NCBI GenBank assembly: GCA_965205865.1
Contig: CBDBHR010000029.1
Coordinates: forward strand, 576,001-640,000
Origin: a bacterium
GTDB taxonomy: Bacteria > SAR324 > NAC60-12
DNA: 64,000 bases
Direction of reading: 5' to 3'
Shown here: positions 32,988 through 43,703 of the stretch, piece after piece
How the letters are laid out: the number at the start of each line of letters is the position of its first letter
Numbering within the stretch: the stretch's first letter is position 1
Program-made: the position numbers and the translations under genes
The notes under the pieces: generated by a model
The model's database searches: none
What the model was told of the DNA's origin: nothing
Seen by the model: the letters and a program-made list of their open reading frames with translations, nothing else

Positions 32988-34078
32988 TTTCCCTCAGGAG
33001 GCTGACAGTGATCTATCCAACCACCCCCCAACAATACTTCATCCTGATAAAAAACGGCTGCTTGCCCCGGAGACGCTGATCGTTCAGGAGTATCGAGAAT
33101 TAATTGAGCTGTGTTGTCATCCAGGGGAATAACAGTCGCTTTTACTCCTTTGTGGGCATAACGCAATTTGACAGTTACCGGAATCGGTTCCTGAACTGGA
33201 TCTATGGATACCCAATTCAAATCGGAAACCCGGATCGATTCGACATGCATATCTTGCAGTTTTCCCAAGACGATTTGATTTGTCTCTTTAAGAATATGGA
33301 TCACATAGTAAGGATCACTACTGCTGATTTGCAAACCCCGACGCTGTCCTACTGTATAGTAGGGAATGCCTTTATGACATCCTAAAATTTCTCCGGAAGT
33401 GGAAACAAAATCACCAGGTTCGGGTAAGGTTTTCGTTTGTTTGGCAATGAAATCCCGATAGTTCTGAGGAACAAAGCATATTTCCTGACTATCCGGCTTG
33501 TGTGCGGAAACCAATTCATGACGCGCCGCAATCTGTCGGACTTCCGGTTTGGAATAATCTGCTAAGGGAAACAGCAATCTTGGCAGTTCCTCGTTAGGAG
33601 TTCCATACAAAAAATAGGTTTGATCCTTGCGTCGATCTTGTGGTTTCGTGATTTGCCACTTTCCCGTGATGGGCTCTTTACCAACACGAGCATAGTGTCC
33701 TGTAGCCAAATAGGCGCAATCCAATTCGTCTGCCTTTTCCAGCAAATATCGGGTTTTTATTATTTTGTTGCACATGACGCATGGATTGGGCGTTCTGCCA
33801 TCAAGGTACTCTTGCACAAAATAATCAATCACGTTTTCTTTAAACTCATCCTGGAAATCAAGAACATAAAAAGGCACGCCCAGGTGGCTGCAAACAGCCC
33901 GCGCATCCAAGGCATCATTGAGAGAGCAACAACTTTTGTTTTGCCGTTCTTCAGGTGGCGCATCGTGCAGCTTCATGTGAATCCCAAGGACTTCATAACC
34001 TTGTTTTTGCAATAAAACCACTGCAACGGAGGAATCAACCCCACCACTCATGGCAACGGCCACACGTTTTTTATTCAT
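32984..34078 (-). CDS. mnmA: tRNA 2-thiouridine(34) synthase
   Basis: AMSGGVDSS, TPNPCVMCN, ATGHY, DSQEICF and PGQAAVFY motifs. Confidence 0.96.
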   Translation of the reverse strand: MNKKRVAVAMSGGVDSSVAVVLLQKQGYEVLGIHMKLHDAPPEERQNKSCCSLNDALDARAVCSHLGVPFYVLDFQDEFKENVIDYFVQEYLDGRTPNPCVMCNKIIKTRYLLEKADELDCAYLATGHYARVGKEPITGKWQITKPQDRRKDQTYFLYGTPNEELPRLLFPLADYSKPEVRQIAARHELVSAHKPDSQEICFVPQNYRDFIAKQTKTLPEPGDFVSTSGEILGCHKGIPYYTVGQRRGLQISSSDPYYVIHILKETNQIVLGKLQDMHVESIRVSDLNWVSIDPVQEPIPVTVKLRYAHKGVKATVIPLDDNTAQLILDTPERSASPGQAAVFYQDEVLLGGGWIDHCQPPEGK

Positions 34079-34214
34079 CTTGAAATTTTGAGAGCAAATA
34101 TTGTTAATCGGTGAGTAATTTTCGATCGATGGGAAAGAATTTTTATTGAGCGTCCTTTAATTCTTTCAAGCAACATATTCAATGCGTATGATCGCTTAAT
34201 CGTACTTGCATTTG

Positions 34215-34682
34215 TCAGTATCGCAATTCGGTCGATTGAACATATTCATGCATATAGGTAGTTTTCAGTGCTTCCAATGAAAATTCCGCACCGCCTTCAC
34301 TGGCCTGTTTTTCATAAAATGCAACAATGGCTTTTTGCATCAGGATCAGGCCTTCATCATCCGACTTTAGGACAATTTCTCCTTTATTGAGGGCATCCAC
34401 CGTTTGTGGAACCAATTCACAACATGTGATTGTTTTCAGGTTGGGGATCGCCAGTATTTCCTGGAGTGGCGTCATTGCCGAAAGTTTGCTTTCTGCCCGA
34501 TTGAAATGATGACATTGTCCCTGATTGTCCAGAAAACAAAAGAGATCCGTTGTTAAATCCTTATAAAAATGATCCACTTCATTGATACGATAACAACGAG
34601 AGACGGCGTGGATCCAATAAAAGTGACCGCTATGGAGAATACCCACTTTCTTCAGTCCGATCTCTTCCGGAAAATTCATCAC
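34215..34682 (-). CDS. Hypothetical protein
   Basis: 155-aa ORF with a GAGGAG RBS, co-oriented with its neighbours. Confidence 0.6.
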   Translation of the reverse strand: MMNFPEEIGLKKVGILHSGHFYWIHAVSRCYRINEVDHFYKDLTTDLFCFLDNQGQCHHFNRAESKLSAMTPLQEILAIPNLKTITCCELVPQTVDALNKGEIVLKSDDEGLILMQKAIVAFYEKQASEGGAEFSLEALKTTYMHEYVQSTELRY

Positions 34683-35019
34683 TGCTCCTCACAAACTTAA
34701 GGTTATACTATACTTCGGGAATCGATCCTGCTCAATACCTGAATTTAGAAACAAGTTGATGTCTACTTGTCTAAAATAAAAAACTGCATTTCAGATATTC
34801 GTATTTAACCACATTTCTCCATAAAAAGCCAAGTACCTATACGAATACTTCAGACGTTATGCCAAATTAAAAATTTACGGTGCGACGAGGTGTCAGTGTT
34901 TGATCATCCTCTGGAAAAAATACGCGTTGGATTCCGTGATGCAAACAGGTTTGGTGTTTTGGAGAATCGAGGAAGGAGAATGGGGGTCCAAAGGTCTGCC
35001 GAAGCAGACCCAGGATAAA

Positions 35020-35319
35020 CTATATTTTTCCTTGTAGAATGAAAGCGATGACCAAACCATAGATAACCAAAGATTCGATCAAGGCCAGTCCTACAATCAT
35101 CGGAGTAAAAATTTTGTCGGAGGCATTGGGATTGCGAGCAATTCCTTCCAACGCGGCATTGACAGCAATCCCCTGTCCAATCCCTCCACCCAAAGCAGCT
35201 AAGGAAACGGCCAAACCAGCTCCCAAAGCCAGTCCGAAGGTTGCCAATTCACCATCTGCCGCATACAAAGGAGCAGCGATGATCACCATAAAAAATGTGA
35301 AAAACCCTAACTTTTTCAT
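35020..35319 (-). CDS. atpE: ATP synthase F0 subunit c
   Basis: GGGIGQG, IARNP and ALIESLVIY motifs. Confidence 0.96.
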   Translation of the reverse strand: MKKLGFFTFFMVIIAAPLYAADGELATFGLALGAGLAVSLAALGGGIGQGIAVNAALEGIARNPNASDKIFTPMIVGLALIESLVIYGLVIAFILQGKI

Positions 35320-35351
35320 TTCAAAACCTTTTATAGATTAATCGATTGCGA

Positions 35352-36164
35352 TCAGTGTGCTTCACTCATCGCGCTTTCAAAATAAATTGCGGATAACAAA
35401 ACAAAAACAAATGCTTGTAAAAAAGAGATAAGAACTCCCAATCCCATAAACGGGATGGGCAATCCAACCGCAAGAATAGCAGTGAAAACTGCTACAACCT
35501 TGTGGTCACCCGTCATATTCCCAAAGAGACGAATGGACAAAGACATTGGTCGAACACAATGAGTGATCAATTCAATGGGGAACATCAACGGAGCTAACCA
35601 CCAAAGGGGTCCTGTAAACTGTTTGAGATAATGGGATCCATTAATCCTGATCCCCAAATAATGGGTCGTTACAAAAATTATCAAGGCGAAGGGGAGGGTC
35701 ACATTGAATTGATCCGTTGGTGGATTGAAACCGGGAATCAAGCCTAACAAATTCATGCTTAAAATGAACAAGGCGTATGTCCCCAATAAAGGAAACAGAG
35801 GTCTGGCCCCCACTCCATGCTGAATGATTCCAGAGAGAAAATTATAAATTCCTCTGATCATTACTTCAATAAAATGAGAAAAATTTGCTTTTCCGGAAGG
35901 TTCCAGCATGTCCGATTGTCGAAAAGGTTTTCCTCCAAAATAAGCAAATATGATGAGACCTGCGACCACAAACAGCATATCCAGAACAGGCAATGGATCG
36001 ATGCCCTTTTCAGCCAAAGGCTCTTCCAGAAACCCCAATACCAGATGCGACCAGGTCAATCCTCCTGCCCCAAAAGCGGATGGAGCAAAAAGGTACAAAA
36101 ATCCCATTAAGACGAATTTTTTCATGGATTTCCCAAGTTTCGATGATAGAGCAATTTGTTTCAA
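35352..36164 (-). CDS. atpB: ATP synthase F0 subunit a
   Basis: NLLGLIPG, RPMSLSIRLFGNM and LQAFVF motifs. Confidence 0.95.
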   Translation of the reverse strand: MKQIALSSKLGKSMKKFVLMGFLYLFAPSAFGAGGLTWSHLVLGFLEEPLAEKGIDPLPVLDMLFVVAGLIIFAYFGGKPFRQSDMLEPSGKANFSHFIEVMIRGIYNFLSGIIQHGVGARPLFPLLGTYALFILSMNLLGLIPGFNPPTDQFNVTLPFALIIFVTTHYLGIRINGSHYLKQFTGPLWWLAPLMFPIELITHCVRPMSLSIRLFGNMTGDHKVVAVFTAILAVGLPIPFMGLGVLISFLQAFVFVLLSAIYFESAMSEAH

Positions 36165-36589
36165 ACCTTGGGGAGTTGAATAGAAGGAAACAAAGTGCGC
36201 TTAATTAACAAAATAAATACTGTTATCACAATGTTGGATAATCCAATCAAAATCCCAAGACCAGAGATCTGAAGATGAACAATTGCCAGATACAATACCA
36301 TCCCGGATAATCCCAGTTTCAAAAGATAAAAAACCAACATTCGCCGTTTCAAATCTTTAAAAAGCAAGAGCCGTAAAAGAATCCGGCGAGTGATGTAAAA
36401 ATTCAATCCAACAAGCAGACAACCTAACAAAACTGCGGGTACAAAGTCAAGCTGGAAAAATGCGGTTCCCGCGACAATCAACAGGCTCACCACGATCAAT
36501 ATAATCGTGATTTCGTTCAGGGTTGCAATTGTTTGAGGGGAAACGGGGGCAGCAGGGTTGCTGGTGTTGGAGTGTTGTTCGTTTTCCAT
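36161..36589 (-). CDS. atpI: ATP synthase protein I
   Basis: Hydrophobic 4-TM protein immediately upstream of atpB. Confidence 0.75.
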   Translation of the reverse strand: MENEQHSNTSNPAAPVSPQTIATLNEITIILIVVSLLIVAGTAFFQLDFVPAVLLGCLLVGLNFYITRRILLRLLLFKDLKRRMLVFYLLKLGLSGMVLYLAIVHLQISGLGILIGLSNIVITVFILLIKRTLFPSIQLPKV

Positions 36590-36600
36590 GGATTGACAAA

Positions 36601-36858
36601 CTATTTAGAGGAGGAGCTTTCTGTAGAGTTCAGTTTTTTAAGGAGGCGGAAAACGCTGCGGAATCCCGCGATTAGTCCGAAAATGAGAAACAACAATAGC
36701 AGCCAGGGTTCAGTATCAAATTGTTTGTCCAGAAAATCTCCCACAAATAGCCCTACAATTACTGAAATTCCCAATTCCAAGCCCATGGCGCTGAATTGAA
36801 TCCATTTACTATCCAATTTAAACCCTTTCATGATAGAGCCTTTCCGGGAAGCAATCAC
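36601..36858 (-). CDS. atpZ: AtpZ/AtpI-family (ATPase gene 1) protein
   Basis: GLFVGDFLDKQFDTEPW motif. Confidence 0.8.
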   Translation of the reverse strand: MIASRKGSIMKGFKLDSKWIQFSAMGLELGISVIVGLFVGDFLDKQFDTEPWLLLLFLIFGLIAGFRSVFRLLKKLNSTESSSSK

Positions 36859-37292
36859 CTGACCTGATACATATCAACGCCGTAACGCACTGAAATCAAT
36901 TGAAAATATTCAGCGAGAAATTGCATCCAGGTCACCCTGTTTCTAACACCCATTCTATTGGCAAAGCTTTAATTAGACAAGAATTTCCTTACCGTCGCGT
37001 TATTTCTTTCCCCTTAACCAACATCTCCTGTGTAGTTTCCAATCTGTACGCATTGGGGAAAAAGTGAATAAGGCAGTTTTTGAGGATACGCCAGACATCT
37101 TCATGAGCATAAGCGCCACCTAAATGCGATTTTGTATGTCGTGAAAACGGGTTGTCAGTGGAGCATGCTTGCCCATGATTTACCTCCCTGGCAAAGCGTT
37201 TACGATCATTATCGCCGTTGGAAAAAACGCTGGACTGTGGAGCGAACATTCGCTTTTTGGCTCATGCCGAAGATGAACCGCTAAATATTTTT

Positions 37293-38430
37293 CGGAATGA
37301 TAGACATTAAGGCTTAAGCGATTAATGGTAAGTTAGGTCTCTTTCCTTGACTAATAGCATATTCCTTTCTGCAATCCGCTCATTTGTAACGTCGTGAGGT
37401 TTAACGATCTCACGGCGTTTATTTTTTGTCAATATCAACCCCCCAGGCAAAGTTTCAAGGTATCGGTGAACATGTTTTCATTGCGTCTATGGTTGTATTT
37501 GAAGCATGATTCGCCGATATAAAGATGCGCATACCGACGACTATACCAGTGATGTTGGCCATACCATGCGCGTTTTAAAAGACTCCAAAAACTCTCAATC
37601 GTGTTTGTGTGGATATTCCCGTCTACGAATTGCTTTTCATGATCAACAGAATAATGAAATATTTCATCTTTCATTGCTCGGTACCCTGAATATTGATCCG
37701 TCATCAAAACAGCCTTCGCCAGGTCAACGTGCTCCTTCAGCATCTCTTTGAAATTCTTGTTCGATAAGGACTTGTCATCAAAGAGCTCTGCCGCAACTCC
37801 CCCCTTACGCTCCGCAATACCTACAACAGGAAGCTTTTTTGTTCCCCTACCACGCTTGTTGTCATCATCCCTGTCTTCCTTCTTGTTCTCCTTCCTGGGC
37901 TTTCCTCCGACATAGGTTTCATCCATCTCGACGATTCCTTTGAATAGACGTTGTTGCTCGCCATCTTTTCCCATGGCTTCCCGGATTCGTTTCCCGAATG
38001 ACCAGGCAGTTTTGACACTCAAATCCAAGTCTCTTCCGAGTTGACGGTTTGAAATTGATTTCTTGGCATTCAAAACGAGAACGATCCCAAGGAACCATTT
38101 TCTCAAGGAAAGTTTGCTGTTATGGAAGATCGTATTGACGGTTGCCGAAAAAGAACGATGGCAGGATTGACATTGAAGCCGGCTTCTTTGGTTCTTTTCT
38201 TTGTGTCTCGACACCTTCTGGGAATGACAGTAGGGACACTCTGGTTTATCGCTCCATCGTAGATTTTCAAGATGCTTCAGTGCTTCTTCTTCTGTTGGGA
38301 ATTTATTGATTATTTCCATGAGACTTGTGCTTTTCATTTTCAATCTCCTCTGATAGATTCTTGTTTAATTCATTTGAATCTATCATAGCAGATTCCAAGT
38401 ATATGCTAAGCCTTTTTGTCTATCATTCCG
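37293..38430 (-). mobile_element. IS1595-family insertion sequence
   Basis: TIRs cggaatgatagaca / tgtctatcattccg with an 8-bp TSD atattttt. Confidence 0.93.
37435..38343 (-). CDS. IS1595 transposase
   Basis: Zn ribbon CPYC..CQSC, VEMDETYVGG and HTNTIESFW motifs. Confidence 0.95.
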   Translation of the reverse strand: MKMKSTSLMEIINKFPTEEEALKHLENLRWSDKPECPYCHSQKVSRHKEKNQRSRLQCQSCHRSFSATVNTIFHNSKLSLRKWFLGIVLVLNAKKSISNRQLGRDLDLSVKTAWSFGKRIREAMGKDGEQQRLFKGIVEMDETYVGGKPRKENKKEDRDDDNKRGRGTKKLPVVGIAERKGGVAAELFDDKSLSNKNFKEMLKEHVDLAKAVLMTDQYSGYRAMKDEIFHYSVDHEKQFVDGNIHTNTIESFWSLLKRAWYGQHHWYSRRYAHLYIGESCFKYNHRRNENMFTDTLKLCLGG

Positions 38431-38493
38431 ATATTTTTTTATAGCTGACCTCCTTTGTTGCGCAATTCTCCCTGTCCTGACTTGCTATAGGCT

Positions 38494-38928
38494 TTGCGCC
38501 GCGTAGTAGTGCTGAAATCATGCCTTGTTGTTTTAGGGAAGGAGAGGATTTCCGCTCGTTTGATTCAAAATTGGCTGTGGGAGGGTTCCCGCTTGATCAA
38601 TACCCTGGGAGGATGTGAAAACGATGGATCCTTGCCGGGAATCTTTTTTCAACGTTATTGAACTGAACGGCTTCTGACTGTCCCCGGATTTGAGCAGATT
38701 TATTGATTTTTTATTTTTTTTGCGAATCCCGCATTTATTTTGCCTTGGGGGGTTGACATTGGGTTTTTGTGTACTAGAATGATGCCATCATTGAGTTGTT
38801 TTAGTCACAGAGAAGGTTCTCGATTGATTGAGCAATATCGTGGGAGGACGTGAAAACGATTGATCTTCCCCGGGAATCTTTTTTAATGATATTTAACTAA
38901 ACGGGTTTTTCAGAGACCTGAATAGTTA
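38494..38928. repeat. Two tandem diverged copies (C, B) of the ~230-bp repeat, joined at an ACTGTCCCCGGATTT motif
   Basis: Shared blocks gtgaaaacgat..cgggaatctttttt and ttgttttag. Inverted homology to 15365-15795. Confidence 0.8.
38753..38780 (+). promoter_or_regulatory. Sigma70-like promoter inside repeat copy B
   Basis: TTGACA-16 nt-TAGAAT. Confidence 0.5.
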
Positions 38929-40750
38929 GACCCTAGCCGAAAAGGGTTTCGAAAATAGTAAATGTAACCAATTGGATTCTATTTGATTCAATATGACGAG
39001 AAAACGATTATTTTTGTTTTTTATTCGCCCACAGCACAGTTTTTATAGGGAAAAAATCTTTTTTGGACATACTTTCCTCGCCCCTGCTCATATTTCACAC
39101 TCCCCCATTGAATATTCAGGCCGCTTGTTTGAGTTGTCTTTTTTTCAACTCAATCATTTTGCAAAAATTATAGGTTAATGCTTTTTCCAGCAACTCTGCC
39201 CGAACGTTTTCAATCCCTCTGCGCATAACTTGTCCGAAATGGAAACGATGCTTAAGATGAAACATCAACGACTCTGCAGCAGATCTTCCATTTCGTGATT
39301 CCAAATAGATTTCACTTTCCCATTCTTCAATCGGGGTCATCTTTTTTCCCTTTGCCCCACTAATACTAAAAACCTTAACGCCTTTGCCCATCCACTTTTC
39401 TCTGATCGCCTGATTGGCATATCCATCATCAAGGCTCACTTCAGAGGGAATGGTGATGGTGCATCGCAAATGTTCAACAAGGGCAGGGTCGAGTTGCCCT
39501 GAATCAGCAGCATTGCCCTCCGGAGTAATTAACACGGAAATAAAACCATTTCCGCTCCTTCCTAATTGAGGCTTATATCCGATAAGCGCTTCTCGATCTC
39601 CCTTTTGAATATAAGCCGAGCTCTGATCGGAAAGACTCAATACTTTCTCAGTAGAAGGAACCTTCTTTTCTTCAAAAACTCTTTGATGACAGTAGATGAT
39701 TACCCGTTGCAAATTAGAAATATCTTCATTCATCATTTCAATGAGGCGAATCAAACGCGTTTTCCGAGAAGGGGGGAGAAGAGCTTTTTGGGCACGGATA
39801 TCCACCTTTGCCATTTCTTTTAAAAATTTCCCATGAGCGCTTTGAGCTTTCTTCAATAGGGTTTTGTAATGTTTTTTTCGCTTCGTTTTACTGTCCTTTT
39901 TACCTGTCTCAAAAGCAATCATCTTAGAGAGCTTATTCATCTCCTTGATGAGGAAATCAAAATTTCTTTCACTGATCTCAGCGATTCCAAATGTATCAAG
40001 GGAACGCCCTCGATGGTAGCTTCGCTCCACGAGACGAGTCAATATCGACGAATCAGTAGGCCAAGCTGTATTTCCTTTTACAGAGGTGCTATCCAGTTTT
40101 AAAATATCAAAATCGTCCAACTCTTCATCGAGAACCATTCGAATTTGAGCATCGAAAATAAACTGTCTGCTCTCGTTGCTGACAGCATTGACATTATCAA
40201 GGATTGTACTCGCTCCCGGCATTTTCAATCCACGGTTGAGCAGAAGCAGATGCAGTGTGATTGACTCTGAAAGAAATATTTGGGCCGTTTGGGATTTGAT
40301 ACTTCCTAAATATCCCCGAATCATCATAAAAAGGTAGACTAAAAAAGCCGACATCCGAGGACACCCTATTTCCAGCCTCAGTTCTTCCGGCTTCAATTCC
40401 TCATCTTCTACGGGAAGATGAGGAAGCCATGGATTCCGGGCTTCCTGCCATCGTTTATCCTCTAAACGCTCTTTCTTTTTATTTCTTGCGTATTTCTCCA
40501 AATCCTGTTCAATTTTGTCCAATATCTCCGGCTCTCGCTCAGACAATTGATCAAGTTCTGATAAGAAATTTTCAAATTCTGTATCAGGAGCGCTTAAAAT
40601 AAGATGTTTTTCTGCTCGAATGAATGGTTTCATTTTGGGTGCCATAATTCTTAATATTGAAGTTATTCACAGTGATTTCAATGAATTATGGCACTTTTTA
40701 ACCTCAAGTTTAAAGATATAATTCTAAAAAATACCTTTTCGGCTAGGATC
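38929..40750 (-). mobile_element. ISNCY/IS5-like insertion sequence
   Basis: TIRs gaccctagccgaaaagg / ccttttcggctaggatc. No TSD seen. Confidence 0.8.
39116..40645 (-). CDS. DDE transposase (ISNCY/IS5-like)
   Basis: LDSTSVKGNTAWPTDS, SLDDGY and RSAAESLMFHLK motifs. Confidence 0.85.
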   Translation of the reverse strand: MAPKMKPFIRAEKHLILSAPDTEFENFLSELDQLSEREPEILDKIEQDLEKYARNKKKERLEDKRWQEARNPWLPHLPVEDEELKPEELRLEIGCPRMSAFLVYLFMMIRGYLGSIKSQTAQIFLSESITLHLLLLNRGLKMPGASTILDNVNAVSNESRQFIFDAQIRMVLDEELDDFDILKLDSTSVKGNTAWPTDSSILTRLVERSYHRGRSLDTFGIAEISERNFDFLIKEMNKLSKMIAFETGKKDSKTKRKKHYKTLLKKAQSAHGKFLKEMAKVDIRAQKALLPPSRKTRLIRLIEMMNEDISNLQRVIIYCHQRVFEEKKVPSTEKVLSLSDQSSAYIQKGDREALIGYKPQLGRSGNGFISVLITPEGNAADSGQLDPALVEHLRCTITIPSEVSLDDGYANQAIREKWMGKGVKVFSISGAKGKKMTPIEEWESEIYLESRNGRSAAESLMFHLKHRFHFGQVMRRGIENVRAELLEKALTYNFCKMIELKKRQLKQAA

Positions 40751-41276
40751 GAGCTATTCTTAAACAAACAGACTCCTATGTACCCCCCCGAGGTATACAA
40801 GAATGAAAACAGCTTTGAGGACTGGAAGAACCTGGTCGGCACCGGGCCCTATCAACTGACTGAATTTGTGGAGGGCAGCTCTATGACCTATAAGAAGAAT
40901 CCCAACTACTGGGGGGTTGACGAAAAATTCGGGAACCGCCTGCCCTATATTGACGAGTTAAGGCCCGTGCTGTTAGCAGAAGAGTCAGCACGTATTGCGG
41001 CATTGCGCACGGGTAGGATTGATTTCGTTGGTAACCCGGGAGACGCTCAGATATCGAATGTCGACATTATAGCGAGCCTCCAGAAGAGCAACCCTGAACT
41101 CGAATTTCATTTCGTTAAAGCGAATAAGGGCTCCTTCATATTTAACCAGTCTTTGCCGCCGACGCAGGACGTAAGAGTGCGCAAAGCACTGCAGATGGCA
41201 GTGGACAACGAGGCAATTAACGCTAGCATCCATAAGGGTTTAGGAGTTGTAGAGCCTTATGGGGTTTATATTCAAA

Positions 41277-42972
41277 CCTAAATCCTGCAATTGAATATTT
41301 TGATTGAGTTTCCCCCCACTCTTTGAGAGGTTTTTTTAAAAAAAAGGATTTGAGAGTTGAATTTCCATCAGTCCTTGCTCATAAAGGTTTTTCCGCCCTC
41401 CATTAGATCGTCATATTTTGTGATGATCTGATACCCGCTTTCGCGGGCACAAGATTCAAGACGTACTTCTCCCTGGATTTGGGAATCTACATCTCAGCAA
41501 AATGTATCCACTGGAGTGAAACAAAGGTTCCAGGTCTCTCCAACAGCGACCCATGCATCCCATTGAGCATTGTAAAGTGTTCTTTCCGGAACTCTCAGTT
41601 TTTGTTGACGAGCGCCACTCGTCCATTTTCCTGCCATTCGGACAAGATAGGTGCGCATGGTGGCCGGTTCCCAACGGCGCAGTATTGCGTTACCACTACA
41701 AAGGGCCATCCAGCGCAGCGTGTTGTAAGCGAGTATCGCGCATTGGAACAAGGCACTGTTGGCCCAAAAATCGTCGGTTTTAATCTGAGCCAGCGCAGTT
41801 TGATTTTTTGCTTCCTCAATCCATGTCTCAGCGACCGCCCTTTGGCCATACTCTTTGTGAGCCTGCCAGGGAGTGAGCGCGTCAGTGAGAACATAACAAA
41901 AATAATCGTACTCCTTCATCTCAAAGAGGGTGGCCATCCCTTTGAGTTCCTCCTCTTTCTCCCTGCGTACGGCCATGAATTTTCTTGACCTCCTCCAAGT
42001 TTCACATTGGTGGGAAAACTCACACCCTTCCCAAGCGGGCTGCCCCTTCACTTTTTGCCATTTTTGGGTTTCCAACAACGAGACAAGCCCCTTGAGTTTG
42101 ACCTTGATCAGATAGCCATGGCCTCGTTCTTCGAGGAAATCCAGCAAATCCCCCACAAAAAAACCACTGTCTCCACGAAACAGAGTGCGAGTCCGATTTG
42201 GAAGGTGAGCGAGAAGTTGCCGCATGAATTCAACGACTCCATTGCTGGTATAGGCACTCCCATCACGAAGCCAACCCTGAAGAATCTCCTTTGTCTCTGC
42301 GCAAAATGCCAGCAGAGGATGATACGAAGCTGCACCGCGTTTGTGGGGATTATATCCGACAGACACTCCTTGCTGCTTGCCGTAGGCCGTTTTCACAGTG
42401 GAGTCCACGTCAATCACAAGACAGTGTAACACCCCAACGATGCTTGTCCCACTTCGAAGCGCCTTACGCCAGATACCGGCTCGAATCCGATGGTTCAAGC
42501 TCTCCATCTCATTGATGTTTTTCTGTGTGAAAGTACGCAGTATCCGGCCGAATGTGGTTTCATCCGGAATCCTCAGCCAACCGGCCACACGACTCAAAAC
42601 ACGGTCGTTCCAAACTGTCACAATCGAACGAATCGAACGGGCGCCACCAACAATGCCGACCACCGACAAAATGACCATGTCCACCGCGTCATAAAGACCC
42701 GTGGCGCCACGCCGATGATCTACGGTCTGCTCTGTCTTTGAAACAATCCCTTCTTTGTGAAAAAATTTGACAACCGGAATCAAGCCTGCTTGCGCGGTCA
42801 GGTCTCTGCCTCCCTGGCTGATATGGATGTTTTTTGCTGTCGTTCTTGCCGATCTTGCGCTACGTTTGTTTTTCATGGTAATGGTGATCTCTTAAAATGT
42901 TGATTCTGGTGTTAACTATTTGAGTATATTACCATTTCCATGTTTGATTGTCATCTAATTGCAGGATTTAGG
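41277..42972 (-). mobile_element. IS1380-family insertion sequence (complete)
   Basis: TIR cctaaatcctgcaatt at both ends with a 5-bp TSD tcaaa. Confidence 0.93.
41494..42876 (-). CDS. IS1380 transposase
   Basis: LTAQAGL, IDVDST, YHPLLAF, RGDSGF and RAVAETWIEEAK motifs. Confidence 0.95.
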   Translation of the reverse strand: MKNKRSARSARTTAKNIHISQGGRDLTAQAGLIPVVKFFHKEGIVSKTEQTVDHRRGATGLYDAVDMVILSVVGIVGGARSIRSIVTVWNDRVLSRVAGWLRIPDETTFGRILRTFTQKNINEMESLNHRIRAGIWRKALRSGTSIVGVLHCLVIDVDSTVKTAYGKQQGVSVGYNPHKRGAASYHPLLAFCAETKEILQGWLRDGSAYTSNGVVEFMRQLLAHLPNRTRTLFRGDSGFFVGDLLDFLEERGHGYLIKVKLKGLVSLLETQKWQKVKGQPAWEGCEFSHQCETWRRSRKFMAVRREKEEELKGMATLFEMKEYDYFCYVLTDALTPWQAHKEYGQRAVAETWIEEAKNQTALAQIKTDDFWANSALFQCAILAYNTLRWMALCSGNAILRRWEPATMRTYLVRMAGKWTSGARQQKLRVPERTLYNAQWDAWVAVGETWNLCFTPVDTFC

Positions 42973-43703
42973 TCAAAATCTTACAGATTGGGTCTGGCCA
43001 TATAAAGAATGGCCCGACGAGGTCAAGCGTGAGTATGAGTATCGCCCGGCAGATGCAGAAGCGTTGCTTGATGCGGCCGGATATCCACGAGGCGCCGACG
43101 GCTATCGATTCAAGCTCACGCTGAGCAATCTTGTGAGGTTTGAATCGACCTATGCAGAAATCGTCGTAGAGTTCTTCCGCGCCATTGGCGTTGATGCCGA
43201 GATCGTTGTTACTCCTGAAGCTGAGCAGTCCGCTGCCTTTGGAGCGGACACGCACGAGTGGCACATAATGCGTGGTCAGGGTATGGGGGAACGTCGCCCA
43301 GGGCTCTGGTTTGCAGGGCTCGCCACCCAAAACGTGCGTGACGAGAGCTACAGCAAGGTGAAGGACTCGCGTATCGAAACCTTTTATAATAACGCCAACA
43401 ATACTACGGACCTTGAGGAGTATTTTAGCAACATTCGAAAGATCGATGAGATCTTTGTAAGGGAGCACTTTGGCCTGGTTAGACCTGTAAGCCCCTTATT
43501 TCAGGTGGCCAAGCCGTGGGTGCAGGGTTGGCACGGTGAATGGGGTATGGGATACGCCGAGCGTCATACCCACTTTTCTCGCCTCTGGATTGATAGTGCG
43601 CTGAAGAAAGAAATGATGGGAAACTAGCAGTACACTCCTGTGGAGCCGGGGGGTGGTCGCTTGTGAGCGCGCTTCCCAGCTCCCATACTTGGGGCGCAAA
43701 CAC

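Larger units (their letters stand above)
40751..43627 (+). pseudogene. Peptide/nickel ABC substrate-binding protein, 5'-truncated and interrupted by IS1380
   Basis: VGTGPYQL and DVRVRKALQMAVD, continuing after the IS as WPYKEWP...AEALLDAAGYP. Confidence 0.85.

Noticed and set aside
35020-35319. Na+-specific ATP synthase c-ring
   Set aside because: Q, E, S and Y are present but the Thr after ES is Leu, so ion specificity cannot be called. The split F0 operon is ordinary for this kind of lineage.
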